Assembly: GCA_964610185.1 (NCBI GenBank)
Contig: CAZSVJ010000001.1
Location: forward strand, 1 to 56,715
Length of the DNA stretch: 56,715 bases
Source: an uncultured Terracidiphilus sp.
GTDB lineage: Bacteria; Acidobacteriota; Terriglobia; Terriglobales; Acidobacteriaceae
Reading direction: 5' to 3'
Below, one piece after another: positions 36,801-47,000 of this stretch. The notes under the pieces were generated by a model. The model was given only the letters and a program-made list of their open reading frames with translations. It did no database searches and had not been told where the DNA came from. A program made the position numbers and the translations under genes. Each line of letters begins with the position of its first letter. Position 1 is the stretch's first letter.

Positions 36801-39110
36801 AGCCTTTGGACGCAAACTCCAGCCGGCATCAGCGCCTGTAGCGCGCCGGCTGCCATTCTTGCCGACGTTCCTGCTCCAATCCAGGTTTCCTACGATGGCC
36901 TTTCTGTTTCCATGACGTGGACGGCGAAGCCCGATGGAAACGCCGTGCTCAGCGGCTTTGTGCTCACGGTGCGAAAGACCTCCTCCACTACGCCGGAATT
37001 CTCCAAAAACATCGCCGATCCGTTCGCACGCGGCGGCCAAGTCACCGCCGGCGGCCTTGGCTCGGACTATGTGGCGGAAATCCGATCCGTGGCCTCATCC
37101 GGAGCAATCACGGTCAGCGCGCCCGTTTCCCTGGTGACGCCGAAGCCATTCCTGGCGAGCGTCGCTCAGGACGACGGTTTGTTGACGGCAACATGGACCG
37201 CCGTCACCGGTCTCTCCTGCTATAGGCTCGGTCTGTACGACGCAGCGGGAAGTCTGCTGGCATCGGCTGTTACCACCGGCCTGAGCGCCGCTTTCGACGT
37301 TGCGCTCGATCCCGCGCAGACGTACGGGGCGCGGCTACAGGGAATTTCCGGCATAAGCCTCGGTCCGCTCAGTGACCCGCTGGCCGTGCTGTCTGCGGCT
37401 CCGACCATTGACGGCCTTAGCTACACGGTGGGAACGCTGGTAGCGACATGGCAGCCGCCGACGCAAGCAGCTGGAATCACGGGCTACATTGCTGTGCTAT
37501 TCGAAGATGGGCTGGCGCTGCCAGACACCGCTACGTATGACGGCAACAAGGCAACGTTCGCCAAAATGCTGACCGTGAATGTGGCTTATTCAGTTGTGGT
37601 GCGCCCAACGGGCCAGGGGACCGCCGGCCCGTCAAGCGCGCCCGTAGAGATAGTCACCGCGACGCCTCGGATCCTCGAAGCGGCCTTTGCAGGCAGCCGG
37701 TTTGAAGCCGCGTGGCAATCGGTGCAATCGCAATTCTTAACTGGGTACGAGGTCGAAATCTACCAGGGAAGCACGCGGATCGGCCGCTTTGACACCAGCG
37801 AAGCCCAGCTCGGAGTGACGCTCGCGCTCACTGCCGGAGCTGCCTACACCTGCCGCGTTCGCGCGCGCGCGGCTGCTGCCGTGGGGCCATGGAGCGATTC
37901 GTTCCCCGTCCGCAGTTCCGGCTATCAATATTTTGTCCAGGTGGCCCAGGCCAACGTGCAGCCGTACCTGTTTCGCACCCTACAAGCTACTCCAGCCAAT
38001 CCTCCGGCGCAGGCTTTTTCGATCTTTCTACCGGAGATATTCAACACCACACAGACCAATGCGATCACCTCGGGAGCATTCACCCTTACACCCACCAACA
38101 GCACGCCGTACGCCTACGAGATGGACTTTGCCGTCAGTAGCCCTGTGTGGACTTTCGACAACCAGAGCATTCGCCCGACGCTGCAATCCGACTACAATGG
38201 CTTTCTCAAAGCGCTGGAGCTGGTCACGGGAGGACTGATAACCGGCGGACTCGAGTTGGTTCGCGCGGTGCTTGCGGCAGGGCTTCCGCTCACGTTTTAC
38301 GAGACGCTGTTTTATCGCTACGGCTTCGACCCGGTGAACGGATTCTCAAATCTGCAGCCGGGCATGGCGCTTCGGCTGGACTCCGAGGTATTTCAGTTCG
38401 AGGGCACCTCGCCCTCGGCTACACAGCTCAGCGGTTTTGTGCAAACCGGCGGCGGCGCATATGAGGTTGGCGACTACCTGTTTCCCAGCGGCGCGCGTAA
38501 AACCGGCTTCGATGCGTTTCTGGCCACGCTACAGCGGCCGGCCGTGCCGGGGAACACGCGCGGGTCGGGAGGCGTCATCGATCTCTATACCACTGGATTC
38601 CGCCGCGCATACTATCGCATCTTCTACCCCGCGACCTTCACCGGTGGAGACTCGCCCGGCAGCCTAAGCATCAGCAATAATATGGCGCTGCTCGGCTGCG
38701 ATTCGTGGACCGCCCTGTCCAACGCTACCGACATTTATTTGAGCACCGGGAGTTTCTCCACCGTCACCGATAACATTTCCTACACGTTCTTCCGCGGCCG
38801 TGTTCTGGCAACTCCGCTGATCACGGTGCGGGTCAACGGCGGCGCGCAACAGGTATCGCTCGGCACTACGGTGCGCGGCCTGGTCCAGCGCACAGCCGAG
38901 CTTCCGGTGGCGCCGGCGACCTCCGTTACATCGCTGCGGTTGGACCGCGTGACCGGCAATCTCGTAAATGCCGCGCAGGCCACGCTCATGCTCGATCCGG
39001 GTGGGACCGATCCGGTCAACCTGATCGCCAATCCTTATCAAAGCGTGCTCGATCAGCCGGACGCGTTCGATCTTCCTCTGCTTGGCGGAGACCGGCTAAC
39101 ACTCGATTGA
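33801..39110 (+). CDS. Large protein with about 15 FN3/Ig-like repeats and a distinct ~400-aa C-terminal domain
   Basis: GAGGA RBS before ATG at 33801; recurring P....YDG..V...W.......GY.L units about 90-95 aa apart. Confidence 0.85.
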   Translation: MASAPTIVAIQYDGQAAKVWWTPSSDTNVTGYILMASSAESGIAFQSPVISGQGANFGSLSTGTLPSGIVYTLQVQPQTAGGPGTASPFLPLLAARPVLRSAWYDGANLNFSWHPIEGAVNGYQLAVYSLDSGTSAFAKVADPWAEQGVLPQSAIPGGKLDPSQQWAVRVDALSASLAGGAGLSASSDTFNLPKPLPTLNLTYAEYQGGVSIKAGWSALAQGAVSRFAIELTSPQDDSRLIVTIPGGAATQGSLPLPRPLAPLQQYAARVLALTGDDVGVATPAQAVISALSRIVRANYDGANVQLVWQAAQSPAVQSYLLKVVSLSSGQTFTATVPDQPSTSGSVATGPLDAAQDYVASVATQNPNYIGGASPTLALLAIQPAIVSLAYDGAVIEIGWTGPAGVVRYVAGLFKDGALVQSVEVENGLASSARLVMPSPLGSGNYTVGVTASTDAGTSAASALSPLPTTLPVISSVAYNGSSVVVEWAQFTGAASFTIALHSPVTGTRIQQEVSPGTATGGTLPLPGLLGTDCGYLLTLSATLTAGGTVLSTQPVPLITSIPVLGSVSYDGAAVTISWTPVADSAATVVGYTASVSVDGTNTVYSKEVNNPFAASAVIDSLPVGGLDPAQTYHAAITARADNNVAAISRQALLASSVPRPNYATCYSTRIVTGWSPVAGANSAVTGYRLTAASAQCDDAYSILIPGNAATNGVLPLARPLSPTVNYSFSIAAEVPGQSQAVVSLAPVISSLPVLARARYDGANVALTWAPSQSPAVTSQILKVISLSSGNTFTAPIANPYATSGAVTVPGGLQADQLWQAQVWAQGAVAGASDPLTLLAQRPVITAVRYFGVYVDAQWTPVIGAGVTGYTMFVTKPDGTQLAVSVLGERSAWARLALAAPFPAGGSYTVTVEAEAAQVSAASDAVTLDLAQPAISSVVYQAGAVNATWAESANAAVTGYAMLVFAPQSGQEFVQPIPDRATTSGSVALGGLLPGDETWFFSLWTQTPAGISACSAPAAILADVPAPIQVSYDGLSVSMTWTAKPDGNAVLSGFVLTVRKTSSTTPEFSKNIADPFARGGQVTAGGLGSDYVAEIRSVASSGAITVSAPVSLVTPKPFLASVAQDDGLLTATWTAVTGLSCYRLGLYDAAGSLLASAVTTGLSAAFDVALDPAQTYGARLQGISGISLGPLSDPLAVLSAAPTIDGLSYTVGTLVATWQPPTQAAGITGYIAVLFEDGLALPDTATYDGNKATFAKMLTVNVAYSVVVRPTGQGTAGPSSAPVEIVTATPRILEAAFAGSRFEAAWQSVQSQFLTGYEVEIYQGSTRIGRFDTSEAQLGVTLALTAGAAYTCRVRARAAAAVGPWSDSFPVRSSGYQYFVQVAQANVQPYLFRTLQATPANPPAQAFSIFLPEIFNTTQTNAITSGAFTLTPTNSTPYAYEMDFAVSSPVWTFDNQSIRPTLQSDYNGFLKALELVTGGLITGGLELVRAVLAAGLPLTFYETLFYRYGFDPVNGFSNLQPGMALRLDSEVFQFEGTSPSATQLSGFVQTGGGAYEVGDYLFPSGARKTGFDAFLATLQRPAVPGNTRGSGGVIDLYTTGFRRAYYRIFYPATFTGGDSPGSLSISNNMALLGCDSWTALSNATDIYLSTGSFSTVTDNISYTFFRGRVLATPLITVRVNGGAQQVSLGTTVRGLVQRTAELPVAPATSVTSLRLDRVTGNLVNAAQATLMLDPGGTDPVNLIANPYQSVLDQPDAFDLPLLGGDRLTLD

Positions 39111-39142
39111 CCTAATGATCCGATGATGTGAGGGCCGATCCG

Positions 39143-42100
39143 ATGCCCGACGTGGTGTTCAAGAAAAGCGCCGACGCCAGCGGCCTTTACTGGCTCGACT
39201 TGACTGGCGAATTGCCGCCGGCGAGCACCTATGCGCTAGGATGGTACACCCCGTCGGCGAACCTGCCAGCCGAGCTCACGCTGACCCAGACCTGGACCGA
39301 TCCATCCAATGGAGTTTATTTGTTTCTCTCTGCCAAGCCCGCGGCGGAGCCGCAATTCCAGGCTCAGGTGGCGCTCTATCTCGCTGCAACCGGTCAATCC
39401 GACATTCGCTTTCTGTGGATCGCGAATCCGTCAGCGCCGTATCCGCAATGGCGGAGCTTCGTGCTCGCGGCGCGCGCGGCGCAGGGCGCATACACGGTAT
39501 CGCGGCTGGTCTCGTTCGATCTTGCCAACTACAGTTTGATCGTCGGCGGCGGATGCCCGATCGCGCTGGTCGCCGATCCGGCAGCTGGCCTTCCCAGCGG
39601 GTTCATGTTCACTCGCTCCGGCGGTTTGAGCGCGTCGCTACGCTTCACGAGTTCGTACGGCGCATTCTCGTATCCCGACCAGCAAGGCGAAGTCTTTCTT
39701 GCGTTCTCCGGGCTGGGCGTGGGAACGTTCTCGTTCACAATTCTGCTGGTGGCCGATGCGGACGACCCCGACGCCGCCTTTGCCGCCATCGACGCTGGTT
39801 TGCGCTACTTTGCGCAGGAGCCGGAGTTCCCCGATTCGGACCTGGTGCGCAGTTTCCGCTTTCCCGTGCTCGCGCAAGCAACCGGCATCACGCTCTACGG
39901 ATCTCTCGATGCCGTCGATCCCCTCGCGCCCACGCGATCCTACCTGGCATTTCTCAAGGATTCGACAACCCCCGCAACCGCAATCGAGTCTTATTGGCGC
40001 ACGGCGCTTGGACATCGCGTCAAGCTCACGCCGTCGATTTCGCAGGCTGGCGACCCCGGCTCACGTCTGGTCTTCGCACCCAACCCACCCGGTACTTCGG
40101 CGCTCGACTATCCGCCGCTCTACCTCACCTTCGCGGGATCGTGGAACCTGAGCACGGTGAGCATCGAGAACGCCGCGGCAAGCGATGTTCTCGAGCCTGT
40201 CGAGCGAGTGATGCCGGGCATTGCGGGAACCGAATATCTCGGCATCATGGAGCCGGGCACGCACCAGTTGCACTTCATTCCCGGAGGCGCCGCATTTGCG
40301 CCGGCTTTTGTGCCTCCGGATCGGAGCCCGGAGCCGTCCATCATTCCCAATGCGCTGGTGTCGCTAGACGGATGGCTGACCACTTCATGGATTTACGCAA
40401 CCGCGCCCACGGGCAAATCTATCTACTATTACGCGCAGCCCGAGGACGCGGAGTTCTATTACGCGGCGGCCGAAGGCAGCGGGCTAATCTCGATGGGGAG
40501 AGTGGTCGCGCAGACGCCAGGCGATTTCACCGGCCTGGCTCTGCTGGAGGTACCCGCAGCGGTGCTGGGGAGCTTCTCGTCATCCGCACAAGCCTTCCCG
40601 TCCGCGCCGTATGCCGGGCTGAAAGTCGCAGACCTGGCGCAATACCGCGCGCTCGAACTGCAAGCTCTGAGCCCGGTCCGTCGGCAAGCGATTACCGGGT
40701 TTCCAGCCAGCGCAGCCGACGGACGCCGCACGCAATTCGAGCTCGACGACACGCTTCCGGTTGGCGTCACGCCGCAAGGTCTACTCGGCAACTTTAGCGC
40801 TGACTTGATGCAATGGACCGCGCTGACGCTGGCGCAAACGCCGCGCAGAATTGCTTCCACACCGCCCGAGAATATCGTCCAAGCGCTCCAACTCGCCAAC
40901 GTCACCGGCGGACTGAAGTCGGCATTGCAAACCAACCAGCTGTTCATGGTGATGAGCGATCCGGTCGCCGTGTTGCAGTGTTGCTCTGTCACCTTCCGCC
41001 TCACGCCGGAAAGTTTTGGAGAGATCGTATCCAGCGGAGCGGCGCCTCCCGCGGTTACAGATGCATTGACGCAACACGGCATTGTCAATACGTTTTATGC
41101 CGACCTGGATGCGTACCAGGCAGCGCTAAAGGCCGCGCTGACGGCGCAGCAGTATACCCAGTATCGCGACATTTTGCTCTTCTACGGCGCCTTCGCCGAC
41201 CTGAACATCGCCGACTGGCTTTTTCATGTCTCGCCGTATCACTGGAAATGGAGCGCGGACAATGCGACGATCGTTGTCTTCAAGTTCGCCAACCGACCGC
41301 TGGTCGATCTTGTGCAGGACATGAGCGCCTGGAGCTGGCGCGCGGGCGCGGGCGGCGACGCCAATTCGATCCTCATCCAGCAGCGGCTCATCGATATTGT
41401 CAACGATGGAATCGCCGCGGCAGCCGAAGGCCAAGCCGACTTCGCGCACTTCTCCCGAATTGCGCAGAGCGCCGCGTGGAACGGGGTTTTGTTTTTCAGT
41501 GTGCCAGTCTCGCTGCGCGAGCTGCCGGCGCCGTTGCAAGGGCTCGCCGGCGGCATCGATCCCGCGCAGTTTTTCGTGCATCATCTAGGAATTGAAGTCT
41601 CGCCCATCAAAGAAAACGTAACCCCGCTGGCGCTCGACAACAGTTCCATCTTCGGGCTGATCAACTATGAGAGTCTCACTGACCTGGCGTACACCGGTGT
41701 CGACTACGACTTCAAGGTCCTGCAGCTCTCCATCCGTTTCGAGGACTCGCGCATTGCCAGCTTCGCCTCGCGCATTGAGGTGCAGTTGAATACCCTGTTC
41801 GGGAGCCAGGCCACGCTGCGCTACGCCGACCACGGCAATAACATTGTGCTCAACGGCGTTTATCAGCAGCAGGGAGCGACCGGCACTTACGTCTTCCTAC
41901 AGTCGGACGACAATCTCTTCGACATGAAGAGCACGGTGGTTCAGGAAATCGACATCAAGCAGGCGCAGTTCTACACGCTTGCGCCGGCCGACGCGGCAGC
42001 CGATCGAGCCGCGGTGCGCACGCGCTTTGTGTTCATCGGCTCGCTGCGATTCGCCGCCCTGCCGTCGTTCGATGTGTTTTCCTACGGCGCCGCAGGAGAG

Positions 42101-42862
42101 TTGGTCGGCGGTCTGGCCTTCAACAGCCTCATCCTGGAGATGAACTTCAGCCAGAACGATCCCGGCAAGCGCGCCTTCGCGCTTCGTGCCGACAGCATCG
42201 GCATCGATCCGGCGTTGAGCGTGACGCGGCAGCAATCCATCGTCGCGCATTTTCCTCTCACGTTCGCGGGTTTTCTGCAAGGCACGGAAGGAAAAACGCC
42301 GGCCGACTTGGGCTACATGTCGGTCACTTCGCCGCTGGCGCAGGGACGCATGGACTCCCCCTGGTTCGGCCTGGTCTTCCAACTCGAGCTGGGCAGCCTG
42401 GGCGCGCTTGCCGCCTCTGCCGGGCTCACCACCAACCTGATCGCCGCGTGGTCCGCGGCCGGCGACGACACCAATGTTTACGTGGGCCTGAAGATGCCCG
42501 GCTCAATCGGGGCGCAGACGCAGATCCCCATCGAAGGCATCCTCAAACTGAACTTCAAGAAGATTGAAATCGTGGTTATCCCGCCCGTGCCGGCGCTGCA
42601 ATTGCCGCTTGCGGCGCAGCTTCCCGCGCCCGCGCCACTGCCCGCTGAAATCGGCGGCGCGCTCGCTGTCGCAACGCCTCCCAGCCTGCCGCGCGCCTTA
42701 CCCGGCGGCACGCAATACATGCTCAAATTTCGCGGCGTTTCGCTCAACCTGCTCACCCTCACTTTTCCTCCCGGCGACATCGATGTCTACCTCTTCGGCA
42801 ACCCGCAAACCGGCGACGCGTCCCAGCTCGGCTGGTACGCAGCCTACAGCAAAACCGAGTGA
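39143..42862 (+). CDS. Large beta-rich hypothetical protein (1239 aa)
   Basis: Long ORF in the operon with no signal peptide; motifs YYYAQP, TPQGLL, LQTNQLF.V, WNGVLF, SSIFGLI.Y, LGWYAAY. Confidence 0.85.
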   Translation: MPDVVFKKSADASGLYWLDLTGELPPASTYALGWYTPSANLPAELTLTQTWTDPSNGVYLFLSAKPAAEPQFQAQVALYLAATGQSDIRFLWIANPSAPYPQWRSFVLAARAAQGAYTVSRLVSFDLANYSLIVGGGCPIALVADPAAGLPSGFMFTRSGGLSASLRFTSSYGAFSYPDQQGEVFLAFSGLGVGTFSFTILLVADADDPDAAFAAIDAGLRYFAQEPEFPDSDLVRSFRFPVLAQATGITLYGSLDAVDPLAPTRSYLAFLKDSTTPATAIESYWRTALGHRVKLTPSISQAGDPGSRLVFAPNPPGTSALDYPPLYLTFAGSWNLSTVSIENAAASDVLEPVERVMPGIAGTEYLGIMEPGTHQLHFIPGGAAFAPAFVPPDRSPEPSIIPNALVSLDGWLTTSWIYATAPTGKSIYYYAQPEDAEFYYAAAEGSGLISMGRVVAQTPGDFTGLALLEVPAAVLGSFSSSAQAFPSAPYAGLKVADLAQYRALELQALSPVRRQAITGFPASAADGRRTQFELDDTLPVGVTPQGLLGNFSADLMQWTALTLAQTPRRIASTPPENIVQALQLANVTGGLKSALQTNQLFMVMSDPVAVLQCCSVTFRLTPESFGEIVSSGAAPPAVTDALTQHGIVNTFYADLDAYQAALKAALTAQQYTQYRDILLFYGAFADLNIADWLFHVSPYHWKWSADNATIVVFKFANRPLVDLVQDMSAWSWRAGAGGDANSILIQQRLIDIVNDGIAAAAEGQADFAHFSRIAQSAAWNGVLFFSVPVSLRELPAPLQGLAGGIDPAQFFVHHLGIEVSPIKENVTPLALDNSSIFGLINYESLTDLAYTGVDYDFKVLQLSIRFEDSRIASFASRIEVQLNTLFGSQATLRYADHGNNIVLNGVYQQQGATGTYVFLQSDDNLFDMKSTVVQEIDIKQAQFYTLAPADAAADRAAVRTRFVFIGSLRFAALPSFDVFSYGAAGELVGGLAFNSLILEMNFSQNDPGKRAFALRADSIGIDPALSVTRQQSIVAHFPLTFAGFLQGTEGKTPADLGYMSVTSPLAQGRMDSPWFGLVFQLELGSLGALAASAGLTTNLIAAWSAAGDDTNVYVGLKMPGSIGAQTQIPIEGILKLNFKKIEIVVIPPVPALQLPLAAQLPAPAPLPAEIGGALAVATPPSLPRALPGGTQYMLKFRGVSLNLLTLTFPPGDIDVYLFGNPQTGDASQLGWYAAYSKTE

Positions 42863-42865
42863 ACC

Positions 42866-44068
42866 ATGGCCATAAAGATCTACACAATCTGGGTCGGCCA
42901 AGGGGATTGCACCCTCATCCAAACCGACTTGAACAAGCTGATCCTGATCGACTGCGGCACCAGCGACAACATGTCCATCTTCGCCGCCAACGTGAAGCCG
43001 TCGATCGAGAACATCATGAAAGGCCTCGGCAAGACGTCGATCGACTTGCTGATCCTGACGCATTCCGACAAGGATCACTGCAACATGGTGAGCAAACTCT
43101 TCGCCCTTACCACTTTCGATCTGGTCTATTTTGGAGGCGCTCCAAGCCAGTACTCCTCATTCAAGTTGAAGCTTGAGCAGAAAGACAAGAATCCGGAGAT
43201 CAAGAAGGTGGTGCAATTGGAAGCGCGCCGCTTCGACATCTTTGTCAACTCGATTATCGACGATGGCGATTTCAAGCTTTGGATCATCTGCGGAAACTAC
43301 CCGTTCAAATACGAGCCCGCGTCTATTCCCGTAGATGTCGACATCAACAAAAAGCGGAGCCGGAGCAAGGCGGAGCGCTCCGTCTTCGACAACAACGGCA
43401 ACAGCCTGATCGTAGTTATCAACTACAAAGGATTTCGCGCATTTTTTTTGGGCGACGCCACCACGCATCAGCAGGACGTGCTCTATACCAAGGCGGATGA
43501 GGCGAAGCAATTAGCCAATTTCCAATCCACGATCATGAAAATGGCGCATCACGGCAGCCCCGATTCGTTTTCGGACGACCTTACCAACAAGGCCGTCAAG
43601 CCGCCGGTGGCGACCGCGAGCGCTGGCGTCACATTCGGGCATCCTTCGCTGGAGGCCATTGCAAAAATCACAGCGCTGGTGAAGGTGGGAGCCCCCAAGC
43701 ACAGTGTTGTGGAGTACAAAGACTCGGTGCAAAGTTACACGATCATCGAGGATTCCGTGGAGTACATATACAACACGATGCAGAGTTACAAGGAAAGCCT
43801 GACGAAGGTCCCGGCGAAAAGCAAGTCCGGCAAGAAGTCCAAGGACAAAAAGGCCGGCGAGTCCTACCTGGAGATGAAAGGGGGGAACTGGATTTTTGAA
43901 ATTGCGGGGCCGGGCACTCCAACCATAACGTCGGCAACGCTGGCTGGCATTCTCACCACCAAGGGAACTACCGCGGTCACCGCTAAGAAACGGAGGATCA
44001 AGAAGAGTCTGATCAGTCTTGTGTCCAATGCCCGCCTGGTCGGCGGCCGCTGGGTGGAGTCCGATTGA
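42866..44068 (+). CDS. ComEC/Rec2-like metallo-beta-lactamase-fold hydrolase (soluble, Lys-rich)
   Basis: VGQGDC, LIDCG, THSDKDH (HxDxDH), N.NS, LGDA, HHGS, FGHP; no transmembrane competence domain. Confidence 0.88.
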   Translation: MAIKIYTIWVGQGDCTLIQTDLNKLILIDCGTSDNMSIFAANVKPSIENIMKGLGKTSIDLLILTHSDKDHCNMVSKLFALTTFDLVYFGGAPSQYSSFKLKLEQKDKNPEIKKVVQLEARRFDIFVNSIIDDGDFKLWIICGNYPFKYEPASIPVDVDINKKRSRSKAERSVFDNNGNSLIVVINYKGFRAFFLGDATTHQQDVLYTKADEAKQLANFQSTIMKMAHHGSPDSFSDDLTNKAVKPPVATASAGVTFGHPSLEAIAKITALVKVGAPKHSVVEYKDSVQSYTIIEDSVEYIYNTMQSYKESLTKVPAKSKSGKKSKDKKAGESYLEMKGGNWIFEIAGPGTPTITSATLAGILTTKGTTAVTAKKRRIKKSLISLVSNARLVGGRWVESD

Positions 44069-47000
44069 TGAGCAACGGCGCCGAAACTCTCGAGACCTTC
44101 CGGCAGCAAGTGCTGGCGCAGTACGACGCCACGCAGCGCACCATCACGGTGGGCTCGAACATCGTTCAGCAGGTTGCAACCCTTCTCGGCTTTGCGCAGA
44201 CTGGCTCTGTCATACTCACCGACGCCACCGTGACTTCGACACCGGCGCAGGTCATGATTCGCGGCAACGGAGTGATGGCAAAGCTGGGCGGAAACCAGTC
44301 CATCGAGTTAATCGGTGTCGCCGTGGCTGGCTCGCTCGGACTCAAACTGAGCGCCACGCCGCAGTCGGCAATCAGGCTCGTTGACCTGTTCCCCAATCTT
44401 CCCAACTCGAACCAGAACGTAGCCGGAATCCAGGTCGAACAACCGTCGCTGTTTTACCAGATCGGCACGCGCAACCCGATGTGGCTGATCACGGACATCG
44501 AGCCGCCGAGTGGAGTCATCTATCCGTCGGTGGGGTTGAATCTAAGGACGACGGTTCCGCTCCAGCCCATCTTCAGCCACGTCGCGACGCTTACCCAGAC
44601 CACGGAGATCACGTTCAAAGGGCCCATCGCCTTTCCTGTAGACGACGTGACCCAGCTTTATCTAAGCGGCGAGTTTCCCGGCTTCACCTCCGGCATCGGT
44701 CCTTTGCGGATGCACGATTTTCAGCTCGTCATCCGCACCGTTTATTACAACGACGCGACCGAGTTCAGTTTTACCGGCAGCTTGTTCGCGGGGGTTCTCG
44801 ATGTCTCCGACGGCGTGGCGGCGCAGATTGGCGTCGATATACAAAGTGTTCCGCAAGACACCGGCACCTCATCGGTGTGGGCGTTCTTTGCGGACTTCGG
44901 CGACAAGCCGCTGTCGCTTTCCGCGGGACTCAACGCGCTTGCCGTCTTTGCCGGCGGAGACGCGGGCAAGTTGGAGTTGCCGGACGCGGTGCGCTCACTC
45001 GGCTCCTTTGGGCTGACACGCCTGGTGGTCGGTGTCGATCCGTACAAGCCAACCATCATCGAGTTCGTCTTCATTGAAGTCGGTTCGCCCAAGCGTTGGG
45101 ACCCGCCCATTCCTTACATCGCCATTGAAAATGTGCGTGTGCAGTGGCAGATTCTGCAGCCCTTCTCTGCCGATTGGTCGCAGTCCGGCGGCGTGGGTGG
45201 AACGCTGCTGCTCGGCAAAGAGAATCCGGTGCATCTCGATATCACTGCGACTATCCCCGAGTTCATCATCGATGCCAACCTGCGCCAAGGCGACCAGATT
45301 TCTTTGGTGAATGTTCTGACCGAGTTTTTCCCCGACGCCGGCGGCCTGTCACAGGACTTTGTCATCGATTCGCTGAACATCGTGGCCAACTTCGATTCCA
45401 AGGTCTACGAGCTGTCCGGCAGCGTCAAGCCCGTTCCCCCGCTCGAGCTCAATCTGGTGATTACGACGCTCACCCTCAACGGCGTTTCAGCCAGCGTGAA
45501 CTACAGCCAGGACGCGCTCTATGCCACCATCCTCGCCGACCTCACGCTGTTCTCAAAAGGCTGGCTGGTTTCCGCTGAATACATGCGTCCCGGTGAGGAC
45601 GAAGAGCAGCCGGGCTCAACGACCGGCAACTGGATCTTCGCTCTGCGCTTGCGCCCCGGCGACAGCATCAACTTGAGCGAACTGGTGGCCACGTTCCTCA
45701 ACTTCAATCCCGCGCTGATACCAACTATTTCGATCGAGGGCCTCTACTGCCGCTACAACCTCGGCGACAAGACATATCAATTTCAGGGCACGGTCAAAGG
45801 CCATTGGCAGCTCGATATCATTCCCGGCCAGCCGGCGCTTCAAGCCAGCGCCACGATCGACGTCGAAAACTTTGTCGAGAACTCCGTCTACGCCTATCGC
45901 GGCTCGGTCATCGGAAGCATCTCAATCGGCGCGCTCACCGTCACCGTCGGCTACGCCTTCGATCCGAAAAACACAAACTACAGTTTTTCCATCGTCTACA
46001 AGCGCTTTGCACTTTACGCCACGCTGATGCGTACCACCAAGAAGAAAGACGGCGTGGATGTTCCCGTCAGCATTCTGCGCATTTCGCTGGGCGACATCAG
46101 CATCGGCGAGATCATCGAGTACCTGGTCAACCTCGCCAATCCGAATATTCAATTCCGCCTCGAAGGTCCATGGGACATACTCAACTCGCTCAACCTCAAG
46201 AACCTCTCGCTGGTCGCCGACCTCATCGAAAACACCGTGGGGATCGAATATCGGCTCGATCTGGAACTGGTCTTCCTCTACATCGAGAGCGTTTCGCTTA
46301 CATATATGAAGCGCAAAGACGGTCGCGGCACGGTGCGCATGGGCATCAAGGGCCGCTTCCTCGAGCAGAGCTTTGGCGATGGGGACGAGCTTTCATGGGA
46401 CCTTCTCGACGATCCTGCACCTGTTGTCCCCGGCCGCGGCAACAGCCTCTTCGATTTGAAATTCGTCGGCTTGGGCCAGCATGTCTCGCTCAAGAATCAC
46501 ACCAGCTTCGAGTCGGTCAGCGAAGTCATCAAAGCGCTGCGCGACGAGATGAAGCCGGTCGCGAATCCCGGCGGAAATCCGCTTTCGCAGCCGAACCAGA
46601 GCGGCCTGGTCTTCGACAAAGACAGCAGCATTCTGTTTGGCGCGCAGTTCGTAGTGCTGGGCGGAGTGGCGATCAGCGCCGTCTTCAACGATCCCTATCT
46701 CTATGGTCTCCTCATCGAGCTCAGCGGAGACGTTGCCGGCTCGCTTGCCGGACTGAGATTCGAGCTGCTCTATATCCGGATCACCGACACGCTCGGCGTC
46801 TTCAAAGTAGTACTGCGCGTTCCCGACGCATTCCGACAACTCGAATTCGGCGCCGTCTCGGTGACGCTGCCAACCATCAAGCTCGACATCTATACCAACG
46901 GCAATTTCAAGATCGATCTCGGCTTCCCGGTGGCGCGCGACTTCACCGAATCTTTCGGCGTTCAGGTGTTTCCCTTTATCGGCAAGGGCGGATTCTATTT

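Noticed and set aside
42866-44068. Competence gene comEC
   Set aside because: Lacks the transmembrane competence domain and any competence gene context.
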